Positions 53,760 through 64,000 of a stretch of DNA of 64,000 nt are shown here, in pieces (the first letter of the stretch is position 1; each line of letters begins with the position of its first letter). The translations under genes and the position numbers were made by a program. The DNA is from Candidatus Makana argininalis (GTDB taxonomy: Bacteria > Pseudomonadota > Gammaproteobacteria > Enterobacterales > Enterobacteriaceae), in NCBI GenBank assembly GCA_044442785.1, contig JBISJT010000001.1:48831-112830 (forward strand). The letters are read 5' to 3'. Below the pieces are notes generated by a model that was not told the origin of the DNA, ran no database searches, and saw only the letters and a program-made list of their open reading frames with translations.

Positions 53760-54296
53760 TTAATCTTTTTTTTTATATTTTAATTCTTCAATAGTATAAA
53801 AATTATTAGTATATATGCAAATATTACTAGCTATTTTTAATGATTGATTAACTATTTCAATAGCACTAAGATTAGTATTTTTTAATAATGCTATTGCTGC
53901 AGATTTAGCATAATTTCCACCTGAACCTATTGCAATAACATCATTTTCAGGTTGAATAACATCCCCATTACCACTAATAATAATTGATGATTTTTCATCT
54001 GTTACCGCTAATAGTGCTTCTAAACGTCTTAATAAACGATCATTTCTCCAATCTTTAGCTAATTCAACAGCTGATTTTATTATTTGACCTTGATAAGAAT
54101 CTAATTTTCTTTCAAAAAGTTCAAATAATGTAAAAGCATCAGATGTACCACCTGCAAAACCTGCTATAACATTTTTATTATATAATCTTCTAACTTTTTT
54201 AACATTTCTTTTCATTACAGTGTTTCCTATAGTAGCTTGTCCATCACCACCCATTACAACACATTTATTTCTTCTTACACTTAAAATAGTTGTCAT
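53760..54296 (-). CDS. hslV: ATP-dependent protease subunit HslV
   Basis: 178 aa. MTTILSVRR (N-terminal Thr nucleophile) and GGDGQ are present. Confidence 0.95.
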   Translation of the reverse strand: MTTILSVRRNKCVVMGGDGQATIGNTVMKRNVKKVRRLYNKNVIAGFAGGTSDAFTLFELFERKLDSYQGQIIKSAVELAKDWRNDRLLRRLEALLAVTDEKSSIIISGNGDVIQPENDVIAIGSGGNYAKSAAIALLKNTNLSAIEIVNQSLKIASNICIYTNNFYTIEELKYKKKD

Positions 54297-54572
54297 TATA
54301 AAATCCTTAAAAAAAAATTTATTAAATTTAAAATATTTTTTAAAAATTTTATTAAACTTAACTTTTATAAAATATAAAAAATTTAATATTTATTAAATTT
54401 TTTAAAATAAAAATATTATTTTTTTATAATACATGATATTATATTTTTTATATAAATAAAGCAATAAATTTGTTTAAAATATTAATTTAATATATAAAAT
54501 ATGTTGATATTATTTATATTAAATAATTAATATATAATTTATAATTTAATTTATTAATAATTAAGGAAAATA

Positions 54573-54785
54573 ATGAAAAAAAAAATTCATCCATATTATG
54601 AAAATTTAACTGCAATATGTTCTTGCGGTAATATATTAAATATATTTTCAACTATTAAGAAAAAAAAAATTAACATTGATATTTGTAGTTCATGTCATCC
54701 ATGTTTTACAGGACAGCAACGTAAAATAAATATTGGTGGAAGAATTGATAAATTTAATAAGCGTTTTAATTTTAAAAAAAAATAG
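54573..54785 (+). CDS. rpmE: 50S ribosomal protein L31
   Basis: 70 aa. Starts MKKKIHPYY, with the C..C...C..CHP zinc motif and FTGQQR. Confidence 0.95.
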   Translation: MKKKIHPYYENLTAICSCGNILNIFSTIKKKKINIDICSSCHPCFTGQQRKINIGGRIDKFNKRFNFKKK

Positions 54786-54798
54786 TATTTTTTAATTT

Positions 54799-55281
54799 AT
54801 GCAATATAACGGACATTTAATATTTGCTTTATCGATAATTATCTTATCAAAAAAAATTTTTATTACAAATATATTAGGTAATGGTGATTGGTGGCATATA
54901 ATACCAGGAGTATTATTAACATGCTTGCTTCCAGATATAGATCATCCTAAATCTTTTCTGGGTAAAAAAATAAAATGGTTATCTGTGCCTTTAAATAAAG
55001 TATTAGGTCATCGTGGTTTTACTCATAGTTTATTTATATTAGTATTATTTATATTTTTTTTTAAAATAAATATTTTTTTAAAAAAAAATATACCTATTGA
55101 TTCATTTCAATCTATGATAATTGGTTACATTAGTCATATTATCTCTGATATACTTACTCCATTAGGTGTTCCTTTATTTTGGCCTTTTAAATTTAGATTT
55201 GTATTACCTTTATTAAATAAAAATAAATATAAAGAAAAAATTTTATGTATTTTTTTATTTTTTTTTGCTTTAATATATTAA
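54799..55281 (+). CDS. ydjM: inner-membrane metal-dependent hydrolase family protein YdjM
   Basis: 160 aa. GHLIFALS, GDWWHIIPGVLLTCLLPDIDHPKSFLGKKIKW, GHRGFTHSL and GYISHIISDILTPLGVPLFWP match E. coli YdjM closely. Confidence 0.8.
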   Translation: MQYNGHLIFALSIIILSKKIFITNILGNGDWWHIIPGVLLTCLLPDIDHPKSFLGKKIKWLSVPLNKVLGHRGFTHSLFILVLFIFFFKINIFLKKNIPIDSFQSMIIGYISHIISDILTPLGVPLFWPFKFRFVLPLLNKNKYKEKILCIFLFFFALIY

Positions 55282-55404
55282 ATATTAAATTTAATATTTG
55301 AATAAATATAAATTTATTAAATTTGTAAAAAATAAAATTATTTAAATTTAGATTTATTTACAAATTTAATTTATATAAGTAAATATATTTTTTTTGGAGA
55401 TTTA

Positions 55405-57399
55405 ATGGTATTTATAAAAGATATTGTAAATGCTTTAAGATTTTTAAGTATTGATGCAATAAGACATGCTAATTCTGGACATCCAGGAGCACCTATGGGT
55501 ATGTCAGATATTGCTGAAGTTTTATGGCGTGATTATATTAAACATAATCCATGTAACCCTCAATGGATTAATCGTGATCGATTTATTTTATCAAATGGAC
55601 ATGCATCTATTTTATTATATAGTATATTACATTTAACTGGTTATAATATTTCTATAGAAGATATTAAAAATTTTCGTAAAATTAATTCTAAAACACCAGG
55701 TCATCCAGAATGTTTTCATACAAAAGGTGTAGAAGTTACAACAGGTCCTTTAGGTCAAGGTATAGCTAATGCAGTTGGTATGGCCATAGGAGAAAGAACA
55801 TTATCTAATCAATTTAATAGATTAAATTTTAAAATTATAAATCATTATACTTATTTATTTATGGGTGATGGTTGTTTAATGGAAGGAATATCTCATGAAG
55901 CTTGTTCTTTAGCTGGTACATTAAAATTAGGTAAATTAATTGCATTTTATGATAATAACGGTATATCCATAGATGGTAAAATAGAAAATTATTTTAATGA
56001 TGATACTGCTTTACGTTTTAAATCATATGGATGGCATGTTATAAAAAACATTAATGGTCATAATAGATATTCAATAAAATTAGCTATTAAAAAAGCGAGA
56101 AAAATTAGAGACAAACCTTCTATTTTAATATGTAATACTATTATTGCATTTGGATCACCATCAAAATCTGGAACTCCAGAATCTCATGGTTCTCCTTTAA
56201 GTAATAAAGAAATATATGATACACGTAAAAACCTTGATTGGAAATATCCACCTTTTATAATTCCAGAAAATATATATTTTAGTTGGGATGCTAAAAAAAT
56301 AGGTATAAAAAATGAATCAAAATGGAATAAAAAATTTAATATTTATAAAAAAAAATTTCCATATCTTGCAAAAGAATTAATAAGAAGAATATCAAAAAAA
56401 CTACCTATAAATTTTAAAAAATATATTAATGACATTATTAAAAATAATAAAAAATATTCAAGTAACATATCTGGTAGGAAATCATCTAATATTTTTTTAG
56501 AATCAATTGGACCGTTTATTCCTGAATTAATTGGAGGTTCAGCTGATTTATCTAATAGTAATTTAACAAAATGGTCAAAATCAAAACCAATATTTAAACA
56601 TCATTATGGAAATTATATACATTATGGTGTTAGAGAATTTGGTATGACTGCTATAGCTAATGGAATATATAAATATGGAGGTTTTATACCATACACTTCT
56701 ACTTTTTTAATATTTTCAGATTATGCTATAAATGCTATAAGAATGTCTGCTCTAATGAAATGTCATCATATTATGATTTATACACATGATTCTATTGGTG
56801 TTGGAGAAGATGGACCAACTCATCAACCAATAGAACAATTATCTCATTTAAGAATGATTCCAAATTTAAGTACTTGGCGTCCTTGTGATACATTAGAAAC
56901 TTTTTTTTCTTGGAAATTTGCTATAAAAAGAAATAAAGGACCTACTGCTATTGTATTATCTCGTAATGATTTAATTTATCAAAAAAGAAATAAAAACCAA
57001 ATTTTAAATATATCACGGGGGGGTTATATAATTAGAGATTGTAAATGTATTCCAAATTTAATTATTATTGCTACAGGATCAGAAGTAAATTTAGCAATAA
57101 ATTCGTATAATCATCTTAAAAAAATTGGTTATCAAGTTAGAGTTGTATCTATGCCTTCTACAGATGTTTTTGATTCACAAGAAAAAAATTATAAAGAATT
57201 TGTTTTTCCTAAAAAAATAAAATCAATAATTGCAATTGAAGCTAGTGTTTCAGATTTTTGGTATAAATATACAGGATTATATGGTAAAATAATAGGTATA
57301 AAAACTTTCGGTAAATCAGGTTCTTCTAAAGAATTATTTAATTTATTCAAATTTAATTTACAAAATGTAATAAAACAAGCAAAAAAAATTATTAGTTAA
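55405..57399 (+). CDS. tktA: transketolase
   Basis: 664 aa (E. coli 663). Contains SGHPGAPMGM, GDGCLMEGISHEA and GEDGPTHQPIEQL. Confidence 0.95.
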   Translation: MVFIKDIVNALRFLSIDAIRHANSGHPGAPMGMSDIAEVLWRDYIKHNPCNPQWINRDRFILSNGHASILLYSILHLTGYNISIEDIKNFRKINSKTPGHPECFHTKGVEVTTGPLGQGIANAVGMAIGERTLSNQFNRLNFKIINHYTYLFMGDGCLMEGISHEACSLAGTLKLGKLIAFYDNNGISIDGKIENYFNDDTALRFKSYGWHVIKNINGHNRYSIKLAIKKARKIRDKPSILICNTIIAFGSPSKSGTPESHGSPLSNKEIYDTRKNLDWKYPPFIIPENIYFSWDAKKIGIKNESKWNKKFNIYKKKFPYLAKELIRRISKKLPINFKKYINDIIKNNKKYSSNISGRKSSNIFLESIGPFIPELIGGSADLSNSNLTKWSKSKPIFKHHYGNYIHYGVREFGMTAIANGIYKYGGFIPYTSTFLIFSDYAINAIRMSALMKCHHIMIYTHDSIGVGEDGPTHQPIEQLSHLRMIPNLSTWRPCDTLETFFSWKFAIKRNKGPTAIVLSRNDLIYQKRNKNQILNISRGGYIIRDCKCIPNLIIIATGSEVNLAINSYNHLKKIGYQVRVVSMPSTDVFDSQEKNYKEFVFPKKIKSIIAIEASVSDFWYKYTGLYGKIIGIKTFGKSGSSKELFNLFKFNLQNVIKQAKKIIS

Positions 57400-57528
57400 T
57401 ATTTTATGTTTATTTAAATTGTTAAATTAAATTTAATAATTTAAATATTAATATTTAATATTCATTAATTTAATTATTAACAAAATTAATTTTTTAAAAA
57501 AAAAATTAAAAATGTTTAAGGTTTTTCT

Positions 57529-59658
57529 ATGAATTATAATTTATTTAAAAGCTTAAACAAAAAACAAATGGAAGCTGTTTTATCAGCAAATAATAATTTA
57601 TTAGTACTTGCTGGAGCTGGTAGTGGTAAAACAAATGTTATAATAAATAAAATTGTATGGTTTATAAAAATTAAAAATTACTCTCCTGATTCAATAATGG
57701 CTGTTACTTTTACAAATAAAGCTGCAGAAGAAATGAAATATAGACTTAAAAAAATAATAGGTGAACAAGAAAAAAAAATATGGATTGGAACTTTTCATGG
57801 ATTAAGTAATCGTATTTTAAGAAATCATTATAAAGATGCAAATCTTCCAAAAAATTTTCAAATATTAGATAATGAAGATCAAATTAGATTAATTAAAAAT
57901 TTATTAACTTCTATGAAACTTGATGAAAAAATATGGAATCCTAGTAAATTATTACTATATATAAATAATTATAAAGATAAAGGAATAAGACCATTTATTC
58001 AAAATAATAATAAAAATTATTTTATAAAGATAAAACAAGAGATTTATAATAAATATCAAAACTTATGTGATAAATTAGGTTTAGTAGATTTTTCTGAATT
58101 ATTAATAAGATCTTATGAAATGTTTATTAAAAAACCTTATATAATTAAAAAATATCATAATCGTTTTAAAAATATTTTAGTAGATGAATTTCAAGATACA
58201 AATATTATTCAATATGATTGGATTAAAATTTTAAAAAATATAAATTGTAATTTAATTATTGTTGGTGATGATGATCAATCAATTTATGGTTGGCGTGGTG
58301 CAAAAATAGAAAATATATATCAATTTTTAAAAGATTATCCTAATACTAAAACTGTTAGATTAGAACAAAATTACAGATGTACAAATAATATATTAAAAGC
58401 TGCAAATTCTCTTATATCTAATAATAATTTTAGATTAGGTAAAACATTATGGACCAAATGTGAATTAGGTGATCCTATTAATATATATTCTGCTTACAAT
58501 GAAATAGATGAAGCTAATTTTATAGTAAATAAAATTAGAATAGCTAAAAAAAAAAAAGTATCTTTAAAAGAATTTGCTATCTTATATAGAAGTAATTCAC
58601 AATCAAGAATTTTAGAAGAATATTTAATAAAAGTAAATATACCTTATTTAATTTATGGAGGTATTAGATTTTTTGAACGTTCAGAAATAAAGAATACTTT
58701 ATTTTATTTTAGATTAATTTTAAATCGTAATGATGATATTGCATATGAAAAAATTGTCAATATTCCAAATAGAGGAATAGGAGAAAAAACATTAAAAATA
58801 ATAAAAAAAACTTCTAAAGTTCTAAAAATGAATTTATGGAAATCAAGTTGTTATTTAATTAAAAATAATATATTAAAAAAAAATATAAATAAATCAGTAT
58901 TAAATTTTATAAATCTTATAAATAAATTATCAAAAGAAATAAATAATTTACCTATTCATATCCAAACTGATCTAGTGATTAAAAATTCTGGACTTTGGAA
59001 AATGTACAAAAAAGAAAAAATTAATAAAACTTATTCCAAATTAGAAAATTTATCAGAACTTATTAATGCTACAAAACAATATAATGATATTAATGGAATT
59101 TCTAAAAATTCTATGTTAGAATTTATTTCTAATGCATCTCTAGATAATATAAGTTTTAAGAATTATAAAAAAACTGAAGCAGTAACATTAATGACAATAC
59201 ATTCTTCAAAAGGATTAGAATTTAAACAAATATTTATTGTTGGAATGGAAGAAGGAATATTTCCTAATAAAATATCAACACATTCTATAGAACAATTAGA
59301 AGAAGAACGTAGATTAGCATATGTTGGTATAACCAGAACAATTAAAAAATTAACAATAACATATGCAAAAAAAAGAAAAATATATGGAAAAGAAAAAAAT
59401 AGAAAACCATCTAGATTTATAAAAGAAATACCAAATGCATGTATTAATAATGTTAATTTAAATTATAATTATATTAAAAATAAAAATTATAATAAAAATT
59501 ATATAATAGGTAAACAAGTAAAACATAATAAATTTGGTTACGGAATAATTATTAAAATTAATATTATTAATAATAATAAAATTATAAAAGTTAAATTTAA
59601 TAATGATAAAATTAAAATTTTTACTTTGAAATATAATAATTTTGAAATAATTAATTAG
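57529..59658 (+). CDS. uvrD: DNA helicase II
   Basis: 709 aa (E. coli 720). Collinear with E. coli UvrD: LLVLAGAGSGKT, AVTFTNKAA.EM, ILVDEFQDTN, VGDDDQSIYGWRGA, RLEQNYR, and the C-terminal KFGYG box. It is closer to UvrD than to Rep by my reading. Confidence 0.85.
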   Translation: MNYNLFKSLNKKQMEAVLSANNNLLVLAGAGSGKTNVIINKIVWFIKIKNYSPDSIMAVTFTNKAAEEMKYRLKKIIGEQEKKIWIGTFHGLSNRILRNHYKDANLPKNFQILDNEDQIRLIKNLLTSMKLDEKIWNPSKLLLYINNYKDKGIRPFIQNNNKNYFIKIKQEIYNKYQNLCDKLGLVDFSELLIRSYEMFIKKPYIIKKYHNRFKNILVDEFQDTNIIQYDWIKILKNINCNLIIVGDDDQSIYGWRGAKIENIYQFLKDYPNTKTVRLEQNYRCTNNILKAANSLISNNNFRLGKTLWTKCELGDPINIYSAYNEIDEANFIVNKIRIAKKKKVSLKEFAILYRSNSQSRILEEYLIKVNIPYLIYGGIRFFERSEIKNTLFYFRLILNRNDDIAYEKIVNIPNRGIGEKTLKIIKKTSKVLKMNLWKSSCYLIKNNILKKNINKSVLNFINLINKLSKEINNLPIHIQTDLVIKNSGLWKMYKKEKINKTYSKLENLSELINATKQYNDINGISKNSMLEFISNASLDNISFKNYKKTEAVTLMTIHSSKGLEFKQIFIVGMEEGIFPNKISTHSIEQLEEERRLAYVGITRTIKKLTITYAKKRKIYGKEKNRKPSRFIKEIPNACINNVNLNYNYIKNKNYNKNYIIGKQVKHNKFGYGIIIKINIINNNKIIKVKFNNDKIKIFTLKYNNFEIIN

Positions 59659-59692
59659 AATTAATTATTAAAATATATTGTTCAAAAAATGT

Positions 59693-59724
59693 AACTTTAC
59701 CGGTCTATAAAGACCGGTAAAGTT
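59693..59724 (-). terminator. rho-independent terminator of rnpB (14-bp stem, 4-nt loop, T6 tail on the minus strand), facing the uvrD 3' end
   Basis: AACTTTACCGGTCT-ATAA-AGACCGGTAAAGTT. On the minus strand it is followed by ACATTTTTT. Confidence 0.6.
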
Positions 59725-60070
59725 AAACTATAAGCCGGGTTCTGTTTTAGACAGTCATTAATCTAGACTATTTTTCACAAAATAGTTCTAAGCAGCTCAC
59801 CCGAGTAATAAATGCGGGCAACATTATTAATCTCATATTTAGCTTTTCTCCAGGTGGAGTTTACATTGCCAATATTGTTACCAATATTGCGGTATGCTTT
59901 TACCAAACCATTTCACCCTTACCTTATATTAAAAGGTGGTTTTTTTTCTGTTGCACTTGTCGTAGGTTTTCACCCCCCAGAAGTTATCTGGCACCAAGCC
60001 CTATGGAGCCCGGACTTTCCTCTTTTTAATTTAATTAATAAATTTAATAAAAAGCGACTGTCTGTTTAAC
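59722..60070 (-). ncRNA. rnpB: RNase P RNA (M1 RNA, type A)
   Basis: The minus strand reads GTTAAACAGACAGTCGC...GAGGAAAGTCCGGGCTCCATAGGGC..GGTGCCAG..ACAGAACCCGGCTTATAGTTTAAC. The universally conserved P4 segments and the P1 pairing are present. Confidence 0.9.
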
Positions 60071-60129
60071 TTATATATAAAATTATATAATAATTAATTA
60101 TTTTTATCATTATAAATTTTATATAATAT

Positions 60130-60999
60130 TTATTTTATAAAATTATTATATTTTAAAAGATTTTTATATAAAAAGTTTTTATTAATAAAATAAATATTTG
60201 ATGTTAATTCAACTGATTTTTTAAAAGTTAATTCATTTAAAAGAAATTTAAAAGTATTAATGATATTATCATTTAAAATATTTTTTTTTTTTTTATATCC
60301 TTCTACAATAATAGATAATTCACCTTTATATCTGGTTTTATCAGTTTGTAACCATATTAAAATTTTTTTAATTGTATCACCATAAATTGTTTCCCAATAT
60401 TTTGTAATTTCTCTTGCTATTACTATATATCTCAAACTACCAAAATATTTTTTCATATATTGAATAGTTTTAATAACTCTTAATGAAGTTTCATAAAAAA
60501 TTAATGTTCTTCTTTCTTTTTTTAAAGATTTAATTAAATTTATTTTTTTTTTATTTTTAGATGGTATAAAACCTTCATAACAAAATCTATCTGATTTTAT
60601 ACCGGATCCTGATAATGCAGTAATTGCTGCACAAGCTCCTGGTAGTGGTATGACACGAAAACCTAATTTATAACAATTTTTTACTATCAAATATCCTGGA
60701 TCATTAATAATAGGTGTGCCAGCATTACTTACAATTGCTATACTTTTACCTTCTTTTAATTTTAATAATAAATATTCTGTTTTTTTAATTTCATTAAATT
60801 TATTGAAAGATAATATATTATTATTAATAGAAAAAAAATTTAATAAAATTCTAGTAACTCTTGTATCTTCTGATAAAATTATATTTACTTTTTTTAAAAT
60901 TATTAAAGCACGTATAGTTATATCTTGTATGTTACCAATCGGAGTTGGAACAATATATAAAGTTGATTTTAAAATATTTTCATTTTTAAATTTATTCAT
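60130..60999 (-). CDS. rsmI: 16S rRNA (cytidine1402-2'-O)-methyltransferase RsmI
   Basis: 289 aa. LYIVPTPIGNIQDITIRAL..L..V..I.SEDTR matches the RsmI N-terminus. Confidence 0.85.
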   Translation of the reverse strand: MNKFKNENILKSTLYIVPTPIGNIQDITIRALIILKKVNIILSEDTRVTRILLNFFSINNNILSFNKFNEIKKTEYLLLKLKEGKSIAIVSNAGTPIINDPGYLIVKNCYKLGFRVIPLPGACAAITALSGSGIKSDRFCYEGFIPSKNKKKINLIKSLKKERRTLIFYETSLRVIKTIQYMKKYFGSLRYIVIAREITKYWETIYGDTIKKILIWLQTDKTRYKGELSIIVEGYKKKKNILNDNIINTFKFLLNELTFKKSVELTSNIYFINKNFLYKNLLKYNNFIK

Positions 61000-61121
61000 A
61001 TTTTATATATTTTAATTAAGTTTATTTATTTGATAATGTATATATTTAATGAATATATGTTATTAATTATTTAAAAAATATTATTTAATTATTAATTAAT
61101 AATAATTATGTTAAAAAAAAA

Positions 61122-61514
61122 TTAACGTTTAGAAAATTGAGGTTTGGATCTTGCTTTACGTAAACCAATTTTTTTTCTTTCAACACGTCTAGAATCTCTA
61201 GTTATAAATCCTGATTTTCGAAGTTCTTTTTTAAATATTTCATTATATTTTATTAAAGCTCTAGAGATACCATGACGTATTGCTTCTGATTGACCAGTAG
61301 TTCCACCTCCTTTTACAGTTATATATAAATCTATTTTTTTTAAAATTTTAAATAAATTTAAGGGTTGGTATATAACATATATAGATGATTTTAAATTAAA
61401 ATAATTATTAACATTACGTTTATTAATAGTAATATTTCCTTTACCATTTTTAATAAAAACTCTTGCTGAAGCACTCTTACGTCTACCAGTTGCATAATAT
61501 ATATGTTTATTCAT
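61122..61514 (-). CDS. rpsI: 30S ribosomal protein S9
   Basis: 130 aa. Contains [13 protein letters not shown] and the C-terminal [11 protein letters not shown]. Confidence 0.95.
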   Translation of the reverse strand: MNKHIYYATGRRKSASARVFIKNGKGNITINKRNVNNYFNLKSSIYVIYQPLNLFKILKKIDLYITVKGGGTTGQSEAIRHGISRALIKYNEIFKKELRKSGFITRDSRRVERKKIGLRKARSKPQFSKR

Positions 61515-61526
61515 TATATTTTCCTA

Positions 61527-61955
61527 TTAAATTAATAAAATTTCAGGTTTTTGAGATTGATGATTATGTTTTTTATTATTATAAATTTTAAGTTTTTTTA
61601 ACATATTTCGACCTAATGGTCCTTTGGGAAGCATACCTTTTACAGCATTTTTAATTATAAAATTTGGATTTTTCAATAATTTATCTTTATAAGAAGTTTT
61701 TTTTAATCCCCCAATGTATCCACTATGTTTATAATATATTTTTTTTTCAAATTTATTTCCTGTTACTTTAATTTTTTTTGAATTAATAATTATTATATAA
61801 TCTCCATTATCAATATTTGGAGTATATTCAGGTTTGTTTTTTCCACTTAAAATAATTGATAATTTAGTTGCAAGACGTCCAAGTATTTTGTTTTTAGCAT
61901 CTACAATATACCATTTTTTAATAATTAATTTCTTATTTGTATATAAATTTTTCAT
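61527..61955 (-). CDS. rplM: 50S ribosomal protein L13
   Basis: 142 aa. Contains WYIVDA..K.LGRLAT and KGMLPKGPLGR. Confidence 0.95.
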   Translation of the reverse strand: MKNLYTNKKLIIKKWYIVDAKNKILGRLATKLSIILSGKNKPEYTPNIDNGDYIIIINSKKIKVTGNKFEKKIYYKHSGYIGGLKKTSYKDKLLKNPNFIIKNAVKGMLPKGPLGRNMLKKLKIYNNKKHNHQSQKPEILLI

Positions 61956-62146
61956 TCTTTATTACTCGATATAAAATTTTTACAAAAATAAAATTTATAT
62001 ATAAATATATCATATAAATATATATTTAATTAAATTAAATAAATTTAAATAAATAATATCTTTTATATAAAATATGTTAATATTAAAATTAAATAAAAAA
62101 ATTATTTTAAAAAAAATATAAATTAATAATTATTAAATGAAAGATC

Positions 62147-64000
62147 ATGAAAAAAAAATATAATTTTGAAATAATAGAAAAAGATATATATAATGAATGG
62201 GAAACAAAAGGTTATTTTAAACCTAATAATAAATTAAATAAAAGTTATTGTATTATACTTCCGCCGCCTAATATAACAGGATATTTACATATTGGACATG
62301 CATTTCAACACACAATAATGGATATTTTAATACGTTATAATAGAATGAAAGGAAAAAATACACTTTGGCAAGTAGGAACTGATCATGCAGGCATAGCTAC
62401 ACAAATATTAGTAGAGAGAAAAATATATCAAAAAGAAGGAAAATTAATTAAAGATTATAAAAGAAAAGAGTTTATTAAAAAAATATGGGAATGGAAAAAA
62501 AAATATGGTAATAAGATTACAAATCAAATAAGGAGATTAGGAAGTTCTGTAGATTGGAATAAAGAAAGATTTACTATGGACAATAAAATGTCTTATGCTG
62601 TTAAAAAAGTTTTTATAAAATTATATAATGATAATTTAATTTACAGAGGGAATAGATTAGTAAACTGGGATTCAAAATTAAAAACTGCAATTTCAGATTT
62701 AGAAATAGAATATAAATATTCATATAAAAATACATGGTATATTAGATATTTTTTATATAAAAATGAATATACTAATGAAGGTTTTAATTATCTAGTTATA
62801 TTTACTACAAGACCAGAGACTATTTTTGGTGATACAGCTATATCAGTAAATCCAAAAGATAAAAGATATAAAAATTTAATAGGTAAATTTGTATTAATTC
62901 CAATTATTAATAAAATTATACCTATAATAGGAGATTATTATACAGATATAAATAAAGGAACAGGTTGTGTTAAAATAACACCAGCTCATGATTTTAATGA
63001 TTATGAAGTTGGAAATCGTAATTCATTACCAATAATAAATATTTTTAATCAAGAATGTAAAATTCTTAAAAAAGCTATAATTTTATATAAAAAAAATATT
63101 TTTGTTAAAAAATTATATAGAAATATACCATATACATTTCAAGGATTAGATAAATTTAAAGCAAGAAAAAAAATTATATCTATTTTTAATAAAATAGGAA
63201 TTTTAGTTACATGTAAATTAAACTATTCAAAAATTCCTTATAGTAATAAAAGCAATGTTATTATTGAACCAATGTTAACAAAACAATGGTATGTTAGAAC
63301 TAAAAATATTTCTAAATTAGCTATAGATGTAGTAAAAAATGGAGATATTGAATTTATTCCAAAAAAATATGAAAATATTTATTTTAATTGGATGAAAAAT
63401 ATAAAAGATTGGTGTATTTCTCGTCAATTATTATGGGGTCATAGAATTCCTGCTTGGTATGATTCAAAAAAAAATATATATGTTGGTTATAATGAAAAAG
63501 ATGTTATAATTAAATATAAATTAAATAAAAAAATATATCTTAATCAAGATAAAGATGTAATGGATACATGGTTTTCTTCATGTTTATGGATTTTTGCTTC
63601 ACTTGGATGGCCAGAAAATAAAAAATACTTAGATATTTTTTATCCTACAAATGTAGTTGTGAGTGGTTTTGATATTATTTTTTTTTGGATAGCTCGTATG
63701 ATAATGTTTAGTATGTATTTTATTAAAGATTGTAATGGAAAATCAAAAGTACCTTTTAAAAAAGTTTTTATTACAGGTTTAATAAAAGATGAAAAAGGCA
63801 ATAAAATGTCTAAATCAAAAGGTAATGTAATAGATCCTATTGATATAATAGATGGTATTTCTTTAAAAAGATTAATTAAAAAAAGAACTAGCAATATGAT
63901 AAATCCTAAATTATCAAAAAAAATAATTAATCAAACTAAAAAAACATTTCCTTATGGAATAAAATCTTATGGAATTGATGCATTAAGATTTACTATGACA
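62147..64000 (+). CDS. valS: valine--tRNA ligase, N-terminal 618 codons (3' end outside window)
   Basis: It is not in the ORF track because no stop falls within the window. ATG 62147 reads MKKKYNFEIIEKDIYNEWETKGYFKPN, PPPNITGYLHIGHAFQHTIMD (HIGH), WCISRQLLWGHRIPAWY and KMSKSKGNVIDP (KMSKS). Confidence 0.95.
   Translation, partial: MKKKYNFEIIEKDIYNEWETKGYFKPNNKLNKSYCIILPPPNITGYLHIGHAFQHTIMDILIRYNRMKGKNTLWQVGTDHAGIATQILVERKIYQKEGKLIKDYKRKEFIKKIWEWKKKYGNKITNQIRRLGSSVDWNKERFTMDNKMSYAVKKVFIKLYNDNLIYRGNRLVNWDSKLKTAISDLEIEYKYSYKNTWYIRYFLYKNEYTNEGFNYLVIFTTRPETIFGDTAISVNPKDKRYKNLIGKFVLIPIINKIIPIIGDYYTDINKGTGCVKITPAHDFNDYEVGNRNSLPIINIFNQECKILKKAIILYKKNIFVKKLYRNIPYTFQGLDKFKARKKIISIFNKIGILVTCKLNYSKIPYSNKSNVIIEPMLTKQWYVRTKNISKLAIDVVKNGDIEFIPKKYENIYFNWMKNIKDWCISRQLLWGHRIPAWYDSKKNIYVGYNEKDVIIKYKLNKKIYLNQDKDVMDTWFSSCLWIFASLGWPENKKYLDIFYPTNVVVSGFDIIFFWIARMIMFSMYFIKDCNGKSKVPFKKVFITGLIKDEKGNKMSKSKGNVIDPIDIIDGISLKRLIKKRTSNMINPKLSKKIINQTKKTFPYGIKSYGIDALRFTMT

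Noticed and set aside
59812-60069. 85-aa ORF on the plus strand
   Set aside because: It is antisense to, and fully contained in, the RNase P RNA gene. Its unusual G+C content is explained by the structured RNA.
62137-62163. An upstream ATG that could be taken as the valS start
   Set aside because: It is out of frame with valS and stops after 8 codons. The ATG at 62147 gives the conserved ValRS N-terminus.

Overview
This window is extremely A+T-rich (by eye well over 80% AT, with spacers almost pure AT), gene-dense, and largely syntenic with E. coli. That is the signature of a highly reduced obligate insect endosymbiont of the Enterobacterales (Buchnera/Wigglesworthia/Blochmannia-like). I cannot name the species. 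As far as I remember, Buchnera lacks recA, which is present here along with ruvC and uvrD. I can support 58 protein genes (translation, glycolysis/pentose phosphate, chaperones, replication/repair), 9 tRNAs, tmRNA and RNase P RNA. One of the protein genes is rpmG, which is too short for the ORF track. All homology calls come from my own comparison with remembered E. coli K-12 proteins and RNAs, not from a search. I found no mobile elements, CRISPR arrays, defence islands or secondary-metabolite loci, and no new multi-gene system. Five things deserve a second look. (1) There are very long perfect palindromes in intergenic spacers, including a 138-bp one that supplies identical leaders, Shine-Dalgarno boxes and TTG start codons to the divergent genes rpsF and ruvX. 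(2) Two otherwise intact genes (ung, mnmA) each carry one in-frame TGA. (3) Two genes (smpB, ruvX) are out of frame by exactly one A inside A15-A16 runs. (4) alaS is cut back to the aminoacylation domain only. (5) Several ancestral operons have collapsed at their old positions (rimM-trmD, priB, priA region, pyrH, and the dxr-to-rnhB envelope cluster).
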